Origin: an uncultured Eubacteriales bacterium
GTDB lineage: Bacteria > Bacillota_I > Bacilli_A > RFN20 > CAG-826
NCBI GenBank assembly: GCA_963652335.1
Contig: CAVJSS010000002.1
Location: 97,330-161,329 of the forward strand
Direction of reading: 5' to 3'
Length of the DNA stretch: 64,000 nucleotides
The position numbers and the translations under genes were made by a program. The notes under the pieces were generated by a model, which worked only from the letters and a program-made list of their open reading frames with translations, searched no databases and was not told the origin of the DNA. Each line of letters begins with the position of its first letter. The first letter of the stretch is position 1. This document shows, piece after piece, positions 8,675-20,016 of the stretch.

Positions 8675-9637
8675 ATGAAATATACCAACACCTCTAGAAC
8701 GCTGAGCTTGATCTTCCACACTTTGATCTTCTTGGCCTTCGGCGCAATGGGCGTCTATTTCGGATTGGCCGTAGCCCCTTGCTATTTTAGCAATAGTGCC
8801 TTAGAGACCATCTCGGCCCCATACAACCTATATTCCGAATTGGGCATGGTCGGTTTGACCCTCGCAACCATTTCGATGTATGGAATCGTCAATGCGGTCA
8901 AATCTTTGCAAAACCCTAGGGATGATGCACCTGTTATCAAATGTTTCAATGCCTTCATCGTCGAAGGATATATCGCCGCTATCTTTTGCTTGCTTAACGG
9001 CGTCGTTTATTTTGATGCTATCCGCGGCGGAGATTCCACTTCCGGAAAAGCGTTGGGTTTCCTCATTGTTTTGATGATTTTGCTCTTCATTGGGTTGATG
9101 ATCGCCACTAACATCCCTATGGTCAAGCTTTATGATCGCAAGGATCAGACTCCTCTTCTTGCCTCATTTGGAGTTGCCGCCGGCGTTTTCTTTGGATGGG
9201 CCGCAATCGTTACTTTAGGAACCTTGATTGGCTCTTGGACCCAAGGCATCGTTGCTTGGTCGCATGTCATCAATGGGCAGTTGGCTGCTTTCTTGGTTAT
9301 TTATATCGCTAATGCCGCTTTGCTTATCACCTCTGGCATCTTCGTTAAAAAAGGCGGAAATGTCCAAACTAAGATCGCAGGATATTTCACTTCCTTAGCT
9401 GGAATGCTCACCTCGTTCTGCTTCATCACCAATGGCGTCATCGGCCTTGTATATGGCAAAAACAGTGGTAATTCCTTAGCTGTACATCTCCAAGGCATCG
9501 AACACAAAATACCTGCTTCAGGCGATGCTTTCGCTATCATTTGCTTAGTCGTCGGAGCCATGTTGTTCGTTGGCTCTATTGTCTTCGCCGGAATGCATGG
9601 GACTGGGAAGATCTTTAAAAAGAAACTCGCAAAATAA
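8675..9637 (+). CDS. polytopic membrane protein of unknown function
   Basis: 320 aa with ~8 hydrophobic helices. Good SD (AGGAGAG) and a consensus promoter upstream (TTGACT-16-TATAAT at about 8593-8620). Confidence 0.6.
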   Translation: MKYTNTSRTLSLIFHTLIFLAFGAMGVYFGLAVAPCYFSNSALETISAPYNLYSELGMVGLTLATISMYGIVNAVKSLQNPRDDAPVIKCFNAFIVEGYIAAIFCLLNGVVYFDAIRGGDSTSGKALGFLIVLMILLFIGLMIATNIPMVKLYDRKDQTPLLASFGVAAGVFFGWAAIVTLGTLIGSWTQGIVAWSHVINGQLAAFLVIYIANAALLITSGIFVKKGGNVQTKIAGYFTSLAGMLTSFCFITNGVIGLVYGKNSGNSLAVHLQGIEHKIPASGDAFAIICLVVGAMLFVGSIVFAGMHGTGKIFKKKLAK

Positions 9638-9644
9638 GATATGA

Positions 9645-9672
9645 TCAACAAAAAAACGGATGGGCTGCCATC
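9645..9672. terminator. bidirectional rho-independent terminator between convergent genes
   Basis: Perfect hairpin ACGGATGG-gctg-CCATCCGT flanked by an A-run upstream and a T-run downstream. Confidence 0.8.
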
Positions 9673-9680
9673 CGTTTTTA

Positions 9681-10184
9681 TTACATATCGATATCTTCTG
9701 GATTCGGTCCGTATAGTTCTTTTTCGGTTATGTAAATAATCTTATCATATAAGGCCTTGACTTCGTCGTTTGGCTCTTCATATTCTTTGATGAGACGCTC
9801 CATTGCATAATCAGGAACCACTCTATTACCGCTTCTTTGCTTGTTTTGCTTTTTTGAGATTTCCGGGTCGATTTTGAAGATGATTAGAATGTGTCTATCG
9901 AATCCTGGCGTGCTTTTGGCATAGAATGAGCGGTGGATGTTTCTCAGATTCGTGGCGTCTCCGATTGCATAAATGTCATCTTGCTCGGAGGCTTTGTTCA
10001 AACGTTCGACGAAGGTTATCCATATTTCCTTTTCGTGATCGAAGTTATTAACGGCTCCGAAGAGTTCCAAGCGAAGCTCGTCGCTTGAGACGATTACCGT
10101 GTTTGGGTGTTTGGCTATAAAGCGTTTGGACCAGGTGGATTTTCCGCTTCCCGGGATGGCGCTGAGAAGAATCATGGTTTTCAT
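9681..10184 (-). CDS. P-loop NTPase / AAA_33-like predicted kinase
   Basis: 167 aa. Walker A AIPGSGKST near the N-terminus. Small stand-alone kinase-fold protein. Confidence 0.6.
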   Translation of the reverse strand: MKTMILLSAIPGSGKSTWSKRFIAKHPNTVIVSSDELRLELFGAVNNFDHEKEIWITFVERLNKASEQDDIYAIGDATNLRNIHRSFYAKSTPGFDRHILIIFKIDPEISKKQNKQRSGNRVVPDYAMERLIKEYEEPNDEVKALYDKIIYITEKELYGPNPEDIDM

Positions 10185-10312
10185 AGGGATTTATTATAAC
10201 TAACGGATTCGTTTTGCCAACAAGCAAAGATTGATAAATAATTAAGAAAGCGCGTTCACGCGTGTGTAAACAAATGATATTTCTTGGTATAAGATAGTGA
10301 AAAGGCATCAAT

Positions 10313-11269
10313 ATGGACAAAAACGTTCTTTTATTTAAGCTTACGGCCAATCCTTCTCTGGCAGAACAAGTGGCAGAGCTTTTGGATATCGAAATATCTC
10401 CTTCGGAAGTCAAACACTTCGCTGACGGAGAGGTTATGGCTAGACCATTGGTACCTGTAAGGGGCAAAACCGTTTATATAATAAATTCAACTTCTACCCC
10501 AGTCGCTGAGCGAATCATGGAATTGCTTATCTTCATTGATGGGCTAAAGAATGCCAAAGCCAAGGAAATCGTGTTGATTTCCCCTTATTTTGGCTTTTGT
10601 CGTCAAGATAGGATCGCAAGGGCAGGCGAACCACTATCAGCCAAATTGGTGGCGAAGCTATATGTCAATGCAGGAGTCAACCATTTCATAACCGTTGATT
10701 TGCATACTCCTCAAACAGAAGGCTTTTTCGACTGCACCGTCGATGATCTAAGCCCAACTCCTTTATTTGGCGAATATTTCAGGAAGATCCTTTGGGACAG
10801 AGAAGTTCCTTATGAAGACGTCACGGTGGTTTCTCCGGACCACGGATCATTGCATCGCGCCAGAGATTTGGCCTCGGAAATTCCCAATTCAAGTTTGGCT
10901 ATAATCGATAAACGTCGTCCTGCCCCGAATACCGCCGAGGTCGTTAACGTAATCGGCAACATCAAAGGCCAAATCTGCATTATCATCGACGATATCATCG
11001 ATACCGGCGGAACGATAGTCGCCTCTACCAAAGCTTTGTATGATAGAGGAGCGAAAGACGTAATTGTCGCCGCCACTCATGGCGTTCTTTCAAATGGAGC
11101 CATAGAAAAATTAAAAGATGCTGGAGTCTCTCATATTTGCATTACCAATTCCATCGAAAAAGGCGCGGCTGGAGTCGATGTCATATCGATCGCTCCGATG
11201 ATCGCCGGGTTGATCAAAGCCACAGAAGAAGGCGGAGAAGTGCCCGATTCTTGGATGAATTTCTATTGA
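10313..11269 (+). CDS. prs: ribose-phosphate pyrophosphokinase
   Basis: 318 aa. Classic PRPP synthetase sequence (HFADGEV, PYFGFCRQDR, DLHTPQTEGFF, IIDDIIDTGGT). Confidence 0.95.
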   Translation: MDKNVLLFKLTANPSLAEQVAELLDIEISPSEVKHFADGEVMARPLVPVRGKTVYIINSTSTPVAERIMELLIFIDGLKNAKAKEIVLISPYFGFCRQDRIARAGEPLSAKLVAKLYVNAGVNHFITVDLHTPQTEGFFDCTVDDLSPTPLFGEYFRKILWDREVPYEDVTVVSPDHGSLHRARDLASEIPNSSLAIIDKRRPAPNTAEVVNVIGNIKGQICIIIDDIIDTGGTIVASTKALYDRGAKDVIVAATHGVLSNGAIEKLKDAGVSHICITNSIEKGAAGVDVISIAPMIAGLIKATEEGGEVPDSWMNFY

Positions 11270-11294
11270 TATTCAGCCTCAATAAGCCTAATAT
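11266..11294 (+). promoter_or_regulatory. sigma-A type promoter (TTGATA-17-TAATAT) for the riboswitch-queT transcript
   Basis: -35 TTGATA at 11266-11271, 17-nt spacer, -10 TAATAT at 11289-11294, about 10 nt upstream of the riboswitch stem. Confidence 0.5.
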
Positions 11295-11304
11295 CCATCA
11301 AGTC

Positions 11305-11347
11305 TAACGTGTTCTATCCTCTGAACCACGTATAAAAAACAAGGAGG
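11305..11347 (+). promoter_or_regulatory. putative preQ1-I riboswitch (translational, SD-sequestering)
   Basis: 5-bp P1 ACGUG (11307-11311) / CACGU (11327-11331) with a 15-nt loop, followed by the A-rich tail AUAAAAAACAAGGAGG. This resembles the Bsu/Tte preQ1-I 3' tails (AUAAAAAACUAAGGA / AAAACAAGG). Loop CCUC can pair with SD GAGG. Located directly upstream of queT, the commonest preQ1-I context. Confidence 0.55.
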
Positions 11348-11354
11348 TCCTTTC

Positions 11355-11861
11355 ATGGGACAGAAAAAATTCAGCATTAGAATGATCGCCGAGAACGCAG
11401 TTGTCGTGGCGATCTATTTTGTTCTTTGCCTAGTATCCGGAAGCCTTGCCTACGAAGCCATTCAATTTAGGGTGGCGGAAATGCTTGTCCTTCTTTGCTT
11501 TTGGCGCCGCGATTTGATCGTCGGAGTAACCCTTGGATGCTTTTTAGCCAATATCCTATCTACTTTGGGGCCATGGGATATGCTTTTCGGCACTTTATTG
11601 ACTTTATTGTCTTGCTTGGTCGTAGCCTTCTCGCCAAAGATGCTCGTTGCCTGTATATGGCCAATCGCCTTCAATGCTTTCGGGGTCGCTGCTGAGCTTT
11701 ATTTTCTTTTGGATTCGCCATATTGGATCAATGTCGGCTGGGTTGCCATCGGCGAAGCCACTATCATCATGGGCTCTTATATCATCTGGATGCTTCTTTG
11801 GAGAAACAAGTTCTTCATGAAATCACTAAGGCCCCAAAGAAAAGCCAATCCTAGTTGGTAA
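11355..11861 (+). CDS. queT: queuosine precursor transporter QueT
   Basis: 168 aa ECF-S-like small membrane protein. Position between a preQ1-type riboswitch and tgt is typical of QueT. Confidence 0.65.
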   Translation: MGQKKFSIRMIAENAVVVAIYFVLCLVSGSLAYEAIQFRVAEMLVLLCFWRRDLIVGVTLGCFLANILSTLGPWDMLFGTLLTLLSCLVVAFSPKMLVACIWPIAFNAFGVAAELYFLLDSPYWINVGWVAIGEATIIMGSYIIWMLLWRNKFFMKSLRPQRKANPSW

Positions 11862-11892
11862 CTTGGTTTGCTTATTGATGAAAAGAAACTAA

Positions 11893-13026
<1,134 letters not shown>

Positions 13027-13027
13027 C

Positions 13028-14083
13028 ATGGATATCAATCTTTTCGATTTCGATTTGCCAGAAGAACTGATCGCCCAATCTCCAATGAAACAAAGGGACG
13101 ATTGCCGCCTTCTGGTTATCGATAGAGAACACCACGCTTACGAACATAAGCGTTTTTTTGATATATGCGATTACCTTAAAGCCGGCGACGTGTTGGTTAG
13201 AAACAACACCAAAGTCATCCCCGCTAGGCTTATTGGCGTCAAAGACGAAACCAAAGGCAAAGTCGAGCTTTTGCTTTTGGAAGAAGTGGATAAAGACGTT
13301 TGGAAATGTTTGGTCGGGAACGCAAAAAGCGTCAAAGTCGGGTCCCATTGCAGTTTTGGCGAAGGAAAGCTGAAAGCGGAATGCATCGAAGTTTTCGACG
13401 AAGGGGTCCGTTATATGAAATTCCATTACGATGGGATCTTTTTGGAAGTGCTGGATCAGCTTGGGCTGATGCCGCTTCCGCCCTATATCCGCAAGCAATG
13501 CGAAAACAAAGACGATTATCAAACGGTATATGCCAAAGTCCCAGGAAGCGCAGCTGCCCCAACCGCCGGGTTTCATTTCACTAACGAGCTTTTCGAAAAA
13601 TTGAAAGATAAAGGAGTCGTGGTTGTGGACGTTACGTTAAACATTGGCTTAGGGACTTTCCGCCCAGTAAAGGTAAATGATACGAAAGACCATATCATGC
13701 ATTCTGAGACATACGAAATGAGCAAAGAAGCCGCAGATACTTTGAATCAAGCCAAAAAAGAAGGAAGGCGCATAATCGCCATTGGAACCACTTCTGTAAG
13801 GACGCTTGAATCGATATATGGGAAATATGACGAATTCAAAGAAGACAAAGATGCCACCAACATCTTCATTTCCCCCGGCTACAAGTGGCAGGCCATAGAT
13901 TGCCTAATCACTAATTTCCATCTTCCAAAATCAACGTTGGTGATGCTGGTTTCCGCTTTTATGGGAAGAAAGTGGACATTAGAATGCTATCAAGCCGCCA
14001 TCGATGAAAAATATAGGTTTTTCTCGTTTGGCGATGCGATGTTCATATATGGCAAGCAAAACATAAGGGATATCGATGATTAA
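13028..14083 (+). CDS. queA: S-adenosylmethionine:tRNA ribosyltransferase-isomerase
   Basis: 351 aa with typical QueA sequence (LFDFDLPEELIAQ, GLMPLPPYI, AAPTAGFHFT). Confidence 0.95.
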   Translation: MDINLFDFDLPEELIAQSPMKQRDDCRLLVIDREHHAYEHKRFFDICDYLKAGDVLVRNNTKVIPARLIGVKDETKGKVELLLLEEVDKDVWKCLVGNAKSVKVGSHCSFGEGKLKAECIEVFDEGVRYMKFHYDGIFLEVLDQLGLMPLPPYIRKQCENKDDYQTVYAKVPGSAAAPTAGFHFTNELFEKLKDKGVVVVDVTLNIGLGTFRPVKVNDTKDHIMHSETYEMSKEAADTLNQAKKEGRRIIAIGTTSVRTLESIYGKYDEFKEDKDATNIFISPGYKWQAIDCLITNFHLPKSTLVMLVSAFMGRKWTLECYQAAIDEKYRFFSFGDAMFIYGKQNIRDIDD

Positions 14084-14741
14084 TCCTCCTAAACAAAAAA
14101 TAAATTATTATTTGGAATCGCTTGATTTGATCAAAGAAGCAGACTCTTTGAAGGACCGCAAATCTTTGTGTATGCACGTTTGCTGTGGCCCATGTTCTTG
14201 CTGGCCGTTGCTTTTCCTTTGCCCCCATTTTGATCTAACCCTTTATTTCAATAATTCGAACATTTATCCTGAAAGCGAATTCGTCCGCCGCTTGGAAGAA
14301 CTAAAAAAGCTTTTAGCCTACATAAAACGCGATTACGGCTACGAAATCAAACTAGTGGTCAAGCCCTACGATTATCAAAATTATGTGAAAGATCTTTTGC
14401 CTTTCTCCAACGAACCAGAAGGATTTAACCGCTGCCAAATCTGCTATGAAAAAAGAATGGCTGAAGCCTATGACTACGCCGAAGAAAACGGTTTCGATTA
14501 TTTCACGACTGTCATGACCATATCCCGCCAGAAGAATTCCCAAATCATGAATCTCATTGGCCAAGAATTGGAAAAAAATCATAAAAAGACGAAATATTTC
14601 TATTCCGATTTCAAGAAAGACAATGGCTCGTTGAAAGGAAAAGAAATAAGAGAAAGGTATGATCTCTACAATCAGCTTTATTGCGGCTGTGAGTTCTCTA
14701 TTATCAACCGCGGACTGACTTTGGATGACATGAGTAAATAG
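14076..14741 (+). CDS. queH: epoxyqueuosine reductase QueH (DUF208)
   Basis: 221 aa. QueH hallmark LCMHVCCGPCS plus further Cys ligands (CQICY). Start overlaps the queA stop (ATGATTAA). Confidence 0.8.
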   Translation: MINPPKQKINYYLESLDLIKEADSLKDRKSLCMHVCCGPCSCWPLLFLCPHFDLTLYFNNSNIYPESEFVRRLEELKKLLAYIKRDYGYEIKLVVKPYDYQNYVKDLLPFSNEPEGFNRCQICYEKRMAEAYDYAEENGFDYFTTVMTISRQKNSQIMNLIGQELEKNHKKTKYFYSDFKKDNGSLKGKEIRERYDLYNQLYCGCEFSIINRGLTLDDMSK

Positions 14742-14875
14742 ATTTGAAATAGAAAGTTTGTGCACAATGCACAACAAAATATTAAAAACCGATGGCTTCT
14801 AGCCTTTTTGTCATCCATTCCTAAAATTCAATCGATGCTTATTATATAAAACTTGAAATTTCTGTGCGTTTTTCC

Positions 14876-14904
14876 TTGCGTCCATCTACGCGTAGGCATA
14901 TAGT
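14876..14904 (+). promoter_or_regulatory. promoter of the S10 ribosomal operon (TTGCGT-17-TATAGT)
   Basis: -35 TTGCGT at 14876-14881, 17-nt spacer, -10 TATAGT at 14899-14904. A ~130-nt leader follows before the rpsJ SD AAGGAGG. Confidence 0.55.
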
Positions 14905-15037
14905 TTCACTCGCTGATGCATGCGTTGAAGTGGGATGTTGCTGACACACCCATAAGCGTTGTCAAGCAATGGGGGATCTCAGGGAACTCCCAATGAGCAA
15001 AGCGTCAGAAGTCAGAAGAAACTAAGGAGGAAAATTC

Positions 15038-15346
15038 ATGGCGAACAAAGTAATCCGCGTCCGTTTGCAAGCTTACGATCATGCCATTCTCGACCAATCC
15101 GCCGAGAAGATCATCGAAGTCGCGAAAAAGACCGGTGCCAGTGTGAAGGGCCCAATCCCTCTTCCAACTGAAAAACAGGTGTACACCATTCTCCGCGCTA
15201 CCTTCAAATACAAGGACAGCCGCGAACAATTCGAAATCCGTACCCACAAGAGATTGATCGATATCGTCAATCCGCAAAAGGAAACCGTCGAACAATTGAG
15301 AAAGCTCGACCTTCCAAACGGCGTTGATATCGATATCAAGTTATAA
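15038..15346 (+). CDS. rpsJ: 30S ribosomal protein S10
   Basis: 102 aa. Canonical S10 sequence ([10 protein letters not shown]...). Strong SD. Confidence 0.97.
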   Translation: MANKVIRVRLQAYDHAILDQSAEKIIEVAKKTGASVKGPIPLPTEKQVYTILRATFKYKDSREQFEIRTHKRLIDIVNPQKETVEQLRKLDLPNGVDIDIKL

Positions 15347-15359
15347 GGAGGCCAAAATC

Positions 15360-16043
15360 ATGAAATCCATCATCGGAAGAAAAATGGGCATGACTCAGGT
15401 CTTCGCCGCCGACGGAACAATGTATCCAGTCACCGTCGTCGAAGTCTTGCCAAACGTCGTTACCCAGAAAAAGACCATCGAGAAAGATGGCTATGAAGCA
15501 CTGCAGGTCGGCTATGAAGACGCCAAAGTCAAAAACGTCACCAAGCCGGAAGCTGGAATCTTCAAGAAAGCCGGCGTCAGCCCAAAACAAGGTCTCTACG
15601 AATTGAAAGGCGATGAGATCTATTCCAAGAATGTCGGCGAACAAATCACTTGCGACATCTTCGCTAATGGCGAAATCGTCGACGTCACCGGCATGACCAA
15701 AGGTCACGGCTATAGTGGCGTCATCAAGAAATACGGCAAGCATGTCGGTCCTCGCGGCCATGGTTCCGGTTACCATAGGCAAATCGGTTCCTTAGCCAAC
15801 AACGGCCGTGACAACAACCGTGTTATCCCAGGAAAGAAAATGTCTGGCCACTGGGGCCCAGAACAGTGCACGATCCTCAACCTCCAAGTTGTCGAATCCA
15901 ATGCCGAAAAAGGTTACCTTTTGATCAAAGGCGCCATCCCAGGACCAAAGAAGTCCATCGTCTGCGTCCGTTCTCACGTTCTCGCTCAGTTCTCTGAGAA
16001 GAAAATCAAAGAATTGGTTGACCAGACCAAGAAAGGAGAATAA
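15360..16043 (+). CDS. rplC: 50S ribosomal protein L3
   Basis: Start set at the ATG at 15360 (MKSIIGRKMGMTQVF) behind SD AAGGAGG. The ORF-track start at 15324 lacks an SD. Confidence 0.95.
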   Translation: MKSIIGRKMGMTQVFAADGTMYPVTVVEVLPNVVTQKKTIEKDGYEALQVGYEDAKVKNVTKPEAGIFKKAGVSPKQGLYELKGDEIYSKNVGEQITCDIFANGEIVDVTGMTKGHGYSGVIKKYGKHVGPRGHGSGYHRQIGSLANNGRDNNRVIPGKKMSGHWGPEQCTILNLQVVESNAEKGYLLIKGAIPGPKKSIVCVRSHVLAQFSEKKIKELVDQTKKGE

Positions 16044-16048
16044 CGAAT

Positions 16049-16690
16049 ATGCCAGCCAAAACCATCAAGCTTCCAGTCGTTAATCTCGCCGGCGAAGAAA
16101 CCGGAAGCGTTACCTTAAGCGCCAGCGTCTTCGGCATCAAAGATGCCAACGAACAAGTCGTCCACGACGCTGTCGTCACCCAACAGGCCAATGCCCGTCA
16201 GGCGACGGCCAAAACCAAAAAACGCCACGAAGTCAGTGGCGGCGGAAAGAAGCCATGGAGACAGAAAGGCACCGGACGTGCCCGCGCTGGCTCCTCCCGC
16301 TCCCCAATCTGGGTCGGTGGCGGCAAGGTCTTCGGTCCAGACGGAAACCAAAATTACAAACTCGGTCAAAATAAGAAAGCGCACGCGCTTGCGTTCAAGA
16401 CCGTGTTGAGCCAAAAAGTCAGCTCCAAAGGCATCATCATCGTTGACAGCCTCGAGGTCAAAGAAGCCTCCACCAAGAGCTTCGTCGCTAGCCTCGCAGC
16501 CATAAAAGCTGAAGGCAAGACCTTGTTGGTCGTCGATAACGACAACGAAAACCTCGTCTTGTCTGCCCGCAACATCGAAGCTGTCACCGTCCGTGCCCTC
16601 AATAACGTCTCTGTCTACGACTTATTGAACACCAAGAACGTCGTCGTCAGCAAAGATGGCATCAAAGCGATCGAAGGAGGATTGAAATAA
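16049..16690 (+). CDS. rplD: 50S ribosomal protein L4
   Basis: 213 aa L4/L1e family. Confidence 0.95.
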   Translation: MPAKTIKLPVVNLAGEETGSVTLSASVFGIKDANEQVVHDAVVTQQANARQATAKTKKRHEVSGGGKKPWRQKGTGRARAGSSRSPIWVGGGKVFGPDGNQNYKLGQNKKAHALAFKTVLSQKVSSKGIIIVDSLEVKEASTKSFVASLAAIKAEGKTLLVVDNDNENLVLSARNIEAVTVRALNNVSVYDLLNTKNVVVSKDGIKAIEGGLK

Positions 16691-17031
16691 TGGCCAAAAA
16701 GAAAGTCGTGGCTGAAGAAACCAAGAATTTCGCCAGCCCAGTCCAACATGACTATGACGTAATCCTCACCCCGGTCATCACCGAAAAGTCCATGGCCCTC
16801 TTGCAGGACGCCAACAAGGTGACGGTCAAAGTCGGTGACTTTGCCAACAAGATCGAGATCAAAGAATCCTTCCAACGTCTTTATCAAGTCAAAGTCGTTG
16901 ACGTCAAGATCGTTAATCACAAGGCGAAAGAAAAATCCCGTGGCAGCCGTTACACCGGTTTTGTCGGAGGATTCAAGAAAGCGGTCATCACGATCGCCGA
17001 AGGATCGGCTATCGATCTCTTTAAGGAGTAA
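16690..17031 (+). CDS. rplW: 50S ribosomal protein L23
   Basis: 113 aa. TAATG overlap with rplD. Confidence 0.95.
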   Translation: MAKKKVVAEETKNFASPVQHDYDVILTPVITEKSMALLQDANKVTVKVGDFANKIEIKESFQRLYQVKVVDVKIVNHKAKEKSRGSRYTGFVGGFKKAVITIAEGSAIDLFKE

Positions 17032-17079
17032 GGCACACCCTCGGAATATCCGTAAAGAATCCACTATAGGAGAAAGAAA

Positions 17080-17916
17080 ATGGCAACCAAATCATATCGC
17101 CCATACACTCCGAGCCGCCGCGCAATGACGACTCTGAGTTATGAGGAAATCACCAAAGCCACTCCTGAAAAAGCATTGCTCCGCCCATTGAAGCACACCG
17201 GCGGACGCAACAACCAAGGAGTAATCACCTGCCGTCATCACGGCGGTGGAAACAAAAACCATTACCGCATCATCGATTTCCGTCGCAACAAGGACAATAT
17301 CCCAGCGACCGTCAAATCGATCGAATACGACCCAAACAGAACTTCCTTCATCGCATTGGTCGCTTACGCTGACGGCGAGAAGAGATACATCATCGCCCCA
17401 AGCGGAATCAAAGTCGGGGACGTCATCGTCTCCGGCAACGAAACCGACATCAAAGTCGGGAACTGCTGCGAACTTGGGAATATCCCGGATGGTACCCTTG
17501 TCCATAACATCGAATTGATGCCAGGACGTGGTGGCCAAATGTGCCGTTCCGCCGGCACTTCCGCCCAAAAGCTAGGCGCTGATGGCAAATATGTCACCCT
17601 CCGCTTGGCTTCCGGAGAAGTCCGCAAGGTCTTAGCTGTCTGCCGCGCCACCATCGGCGTCGTCGGAAACGAAGACCATAACTTAGTCAATATCGGCAAG
17701 GCCGGCATCGTCCGCCATAAAGGTTGGAGACCAACCGTTCGTGGCAGCGCGATGAACCCATGCGATCACCCTCACGGCGGTGGCGAAGGCAAGTGCCCTG
17801 TCGGACGCGATGCCCCTCGCACTCCATGGGGCAAGAAGAGCCAAGGCGTCAAGACCCGCCACAACAAGAAGAGCTCAACCCGCTTGATCGTCAGAAGACG
17901 CAACAGCGGCAAATAA
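17080..17916 (+). CDS. rplB: 50S ribosomal protein L2
   Basis: 278 aa. Conserved L2 C-terminal domain ([16 protein letters not shown]). Confidence 0.97.
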   Translation: MATKSYRPYTPSRRAMTTLSYEEITKATPEKALLRPLKHTGGRNNQGVITCRHHGGGNKNHYRIIDFRRNKDNIPATVKSIEYDPNRTSFIALVAYADGEKRYIIAPSGIKVGDVIVSGNETDIKVGNCCELGNIPDGTLVHNIELMPGRGGQMCRSAGTSAQKLGADGKYVTLRLASGEVRKVLAVCRATIGVVGNEDHNLVNIGKAGIVRHKGWRPTVRGSAMNPCDHPHGGGEGKCPVGRDAPRTPWGKKSQGVKTRHNKKSSTRLIVRRRNSGK

Positions 17917-17933
17917 GGAAAGGAGAATCTGAA

Positions 17934-18224
17934 ATGGCACGTTCTAGCAAAAAAGGACCTTTCGTGGATGAATACCTTCTCAAGAAGGTCGAAGCCATCC
18001 AAAAGTCCGGCAAGAAAGAAATCATCAAGACTTGGTCTCGCCGTTCGACGATTTATCCAGCCTTCGTCGAGCATACCTTCGCCGTTTATAACGGCAAAGA
18101 ACACATCACCGTCTATGTCACAGAAGACATGGTCGGCCATAAATTGGGCGAATTCGCCCCAACCCGCAACTTCCCTGGTCACCATGGCAACAATGCCGAA
18201 GACAAAGCTGCGGCCAAGAAATAA
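17934..18224 (+). CDS. rpsS: 30S ribosomal protein S19
   Basis: Start at the ATG at 17934 ([12 protein letters not shown]...) after SD AAGGAGA. The upstream in-frame sequence listed in the ORF track is not coding. Confidence 0.95.
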   Translation: MARSSKKGPFVDEYLLKKVEAIQKSGKKEIIKTWSRRSTIYPAFVEHTFAVYNGKEHITVYVTEDMVGHKLGEFAPTRNFPGHHGNNAEDKAAAKK

Positions 18225-18235
18225 GGAGAAGCGTC

Positions 18236-18700
18236 ATGGCAGAAGAAAAGAAAGTCAAAGCTGCTGCTCCTAAGAAAGCCACAGCCAAAAAGGCAGTCAC
18301 CAAAAAGGCAGCTGCCAAAAAGGAAGAACCGAAAACCGAAGTCAAGCCTGTCAAGGCACCTGTCACCGAAGCAACCTGCGTCGTTCGTGACATTCGCGTC
18401 ACCCCCCGCAAGATCCGCTTGGTCGCGGATTATGTCAGAGGCAAAGACGTCAATGAAGCCCTCGCTCTCTTAAAACATCTTAATAAGAGCGCAGCCATGC
18501 CTGTATATAAGGCCATCAAGTCCGCGGCGGCCAACGCCACCAACAACTTCAACCTCGACGGAGACCTTCTATATGTCTCCGAAATCCAGGCTAGCGACGG
18601 CAAGAGGATGAAACGTTACTTGCCACGCGCCAAAGGTTCAGCGAGTCCGTTAATCAAAAGAATGGCGTTCTTACGCGTCACTGTTAAGGAAAGGAGATAA
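18236..18700 (+). CDS. rplV: 50S ribosomal protein L22 with K/A-rich N-terminal extension
   Basis: 154 aa. L22 core from about residue 50. N-terminal ~45 aa is lysine/alanine-rich. Confidence 0.93.
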   Translation: MAEEKKVKAAAPKKATAKKAVTKKAAAKKEEPKTEVKPVKAPVTEATCVVRDIRVTPRKIRLVADYVRGKDVNEALALLKHLNKSAAMPVYKAIKSAAANATNNFNLDGDLLYVSEIQASDGKRMKRYLPRAKGSASPLIKRMAFLRVTVKERR

Positions 18701-18703
18701 TCA

Positions 18704-19399
18704 ATGGGACAGAAAGTTAATGCCAACGGCCTCCGTATCGGAATCAACCGTGGTTGGGAATCCAATTGGTTTGCCTCCAAAAAAGATTACGGACCTCTCC
18801 TTTGGGAAGACATCGCCATCCGCGAATATTTAGACAAAGAATTGAAGAATGCTATGGTCTCAGCCATCAGCATCGGCCGCGTCAAATCCGACAAAGGCCA
18901 TAAAGTCACCATCATCGTCAAGTGCGCCCGTCCGGGCGTCGTCCTTGGCCAAGATGGCGCCAACAAAGCCAAATTGGTCGCCGGTCTCCAAAAGATCGTC
19001 AAATCCGGAAATTTGACCCTTGATGTCGTCGAAGTCGCCAATCCTGACTTAGATGCCACCTTGATCGCCAAATGGATCGCATCGGAATTGGAAAACCGCC
19101 AATCCTTCCGTTCCACCCAAAAGAAGGCTATCCAAAGAATGCGCAAAGCCGGAGCTTCCGGCTGCCGCACTCAATGCCAAGGCCGTTTGGGAGGTGCCGA
19201 AATCGCCAGACGCGAAGGATACAAAGAGGGCAACGTCCCACTCGAGACCTTGCGCGCCGACATCGATTATGCCCACATTTCCGCCCATACCGCCTATGGC
19301 CGTATCGGCGTGAAAGTCTGGTGCTGCCGCTCCGTCAACAAAACGGGTGCCGTTGAGAAAAAAGGAGGAGAGAACAATGTTGCAACCAAAGCGCGTTAA
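18704..19399 (+). CDS. rpsC: 30S ribosomal protein S3
   Basis: 231 aa with KH domain. Confidence 0.97.
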   Translation: MGQKVNANGLRIGINRGWESNWFASKKDYGPLLWEDIAIREYLDKELKNAMVSAISIGRVKSDKGHKVTIIVKCARPGVVLGQDGANKAKLVAGLQKIVKSGNLTLDVVEVANPDLDATLIAKWIASELENRQSFRSTQKKAIQRMRKAGASGCRTQCQGRLGGAEIARREGYKEGNVPLETLRADIDYAHISAHTAYGRIGVKVWCCRSVNKTGAVEKKGGENNVATKAR

Positions 19400-19796
19400 G
19401 TATCGTCGTCCGCATGGCCTATCTTATGAAGGCCATGCCAAAGGCGGAACCAACATCGACTTCGGCGATATTGGTCTCGTTGCCTTAGAGGGTTGCTACC
19501 TCACCGATCGTCAGATCGAATCAGCTCGTATCGTCTTAAGCCGTTATACCAACCGTGCCGGACAAATCTGGATCCGTGTCTTCCCGCATCTTGCCAAAAC
19601 CAAGAAACCAGCCGAAGTTCGTATGGGTTCCGGCAAAGGTTCCCCAGAAGGTTGGGTTGCCGTCGTCAAAGAAGGGGTCGTCCTCTTCGAAATCGGTGGG
19701 ATCGATGAGAAGGTTGCCAAAGAAGCCTTGAGAATGGCCGCTTACAAACTTCCTATCAAGACTAAAATCGTCGCCAAAGGCGAGAAAGGAGAATAA
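19377..19796 (+). CDS. rplP: 50S ribosomal protein L16
   Basis: Start at the ATG at 19377 ([11 protein letters not shown]) after SD AAGGAGGAG. Overlaps the 3' end of rpsC. Confidence 0.95.
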   Translation: MLQPKRVKYRRPHGLSYEGHAKGGTNIDFGDIGLVALEGCYLTDRQIESARIVLSRYTNRAGQIWIRVFPHLAKTKKPAEVRMGSGKGSPEGWVAVVKEGVVLFEIGGIDEKVAKEALRMAAYKLPIKTKIVAKGEKGE

Positions 19797-19799
19797 GCG

Positions 19800-20000
19800 A
19801 TGTCAGTCAAAGATCTCAGAGAATTAAGCGTCGAAGAGCTTGATATCAAACTCGCTTCTCTCCGCCAGCAGCTCTTCGAACTCCGCCGCAAACAAGCAGT
19901 CGGACAATTAGAACACCCAGAAGAAATCAAATCAGTCCGCAAGGAAATCGCGCAAGCCGAGACCGTCAAGAGGGAACGTGCCCTCCAGATCGCTCGCTAA
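19800..20000 (+). CDS. rpmC: 50S ribosomal protein L29
   Basis: 66 aa. Confidence 0.93.
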   Translation: MSVKDLRELSVEELDIKLASLRQQLFELRRKQAVGQLEHPEEIKSVRKEIAQAETVKRERALQIAR

Positions 20001-20016
20001 GGAAAGGAGTTAAGAA

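Noticed and set aside
10048-10467. 139-aa minus-strand ORF spanning the kinase/prs divergent region.
   Set aside because: It overlaps the 5' ends of two well-supported genes on both strands. No SD. Composition is typical of intergenic or antisense noise.
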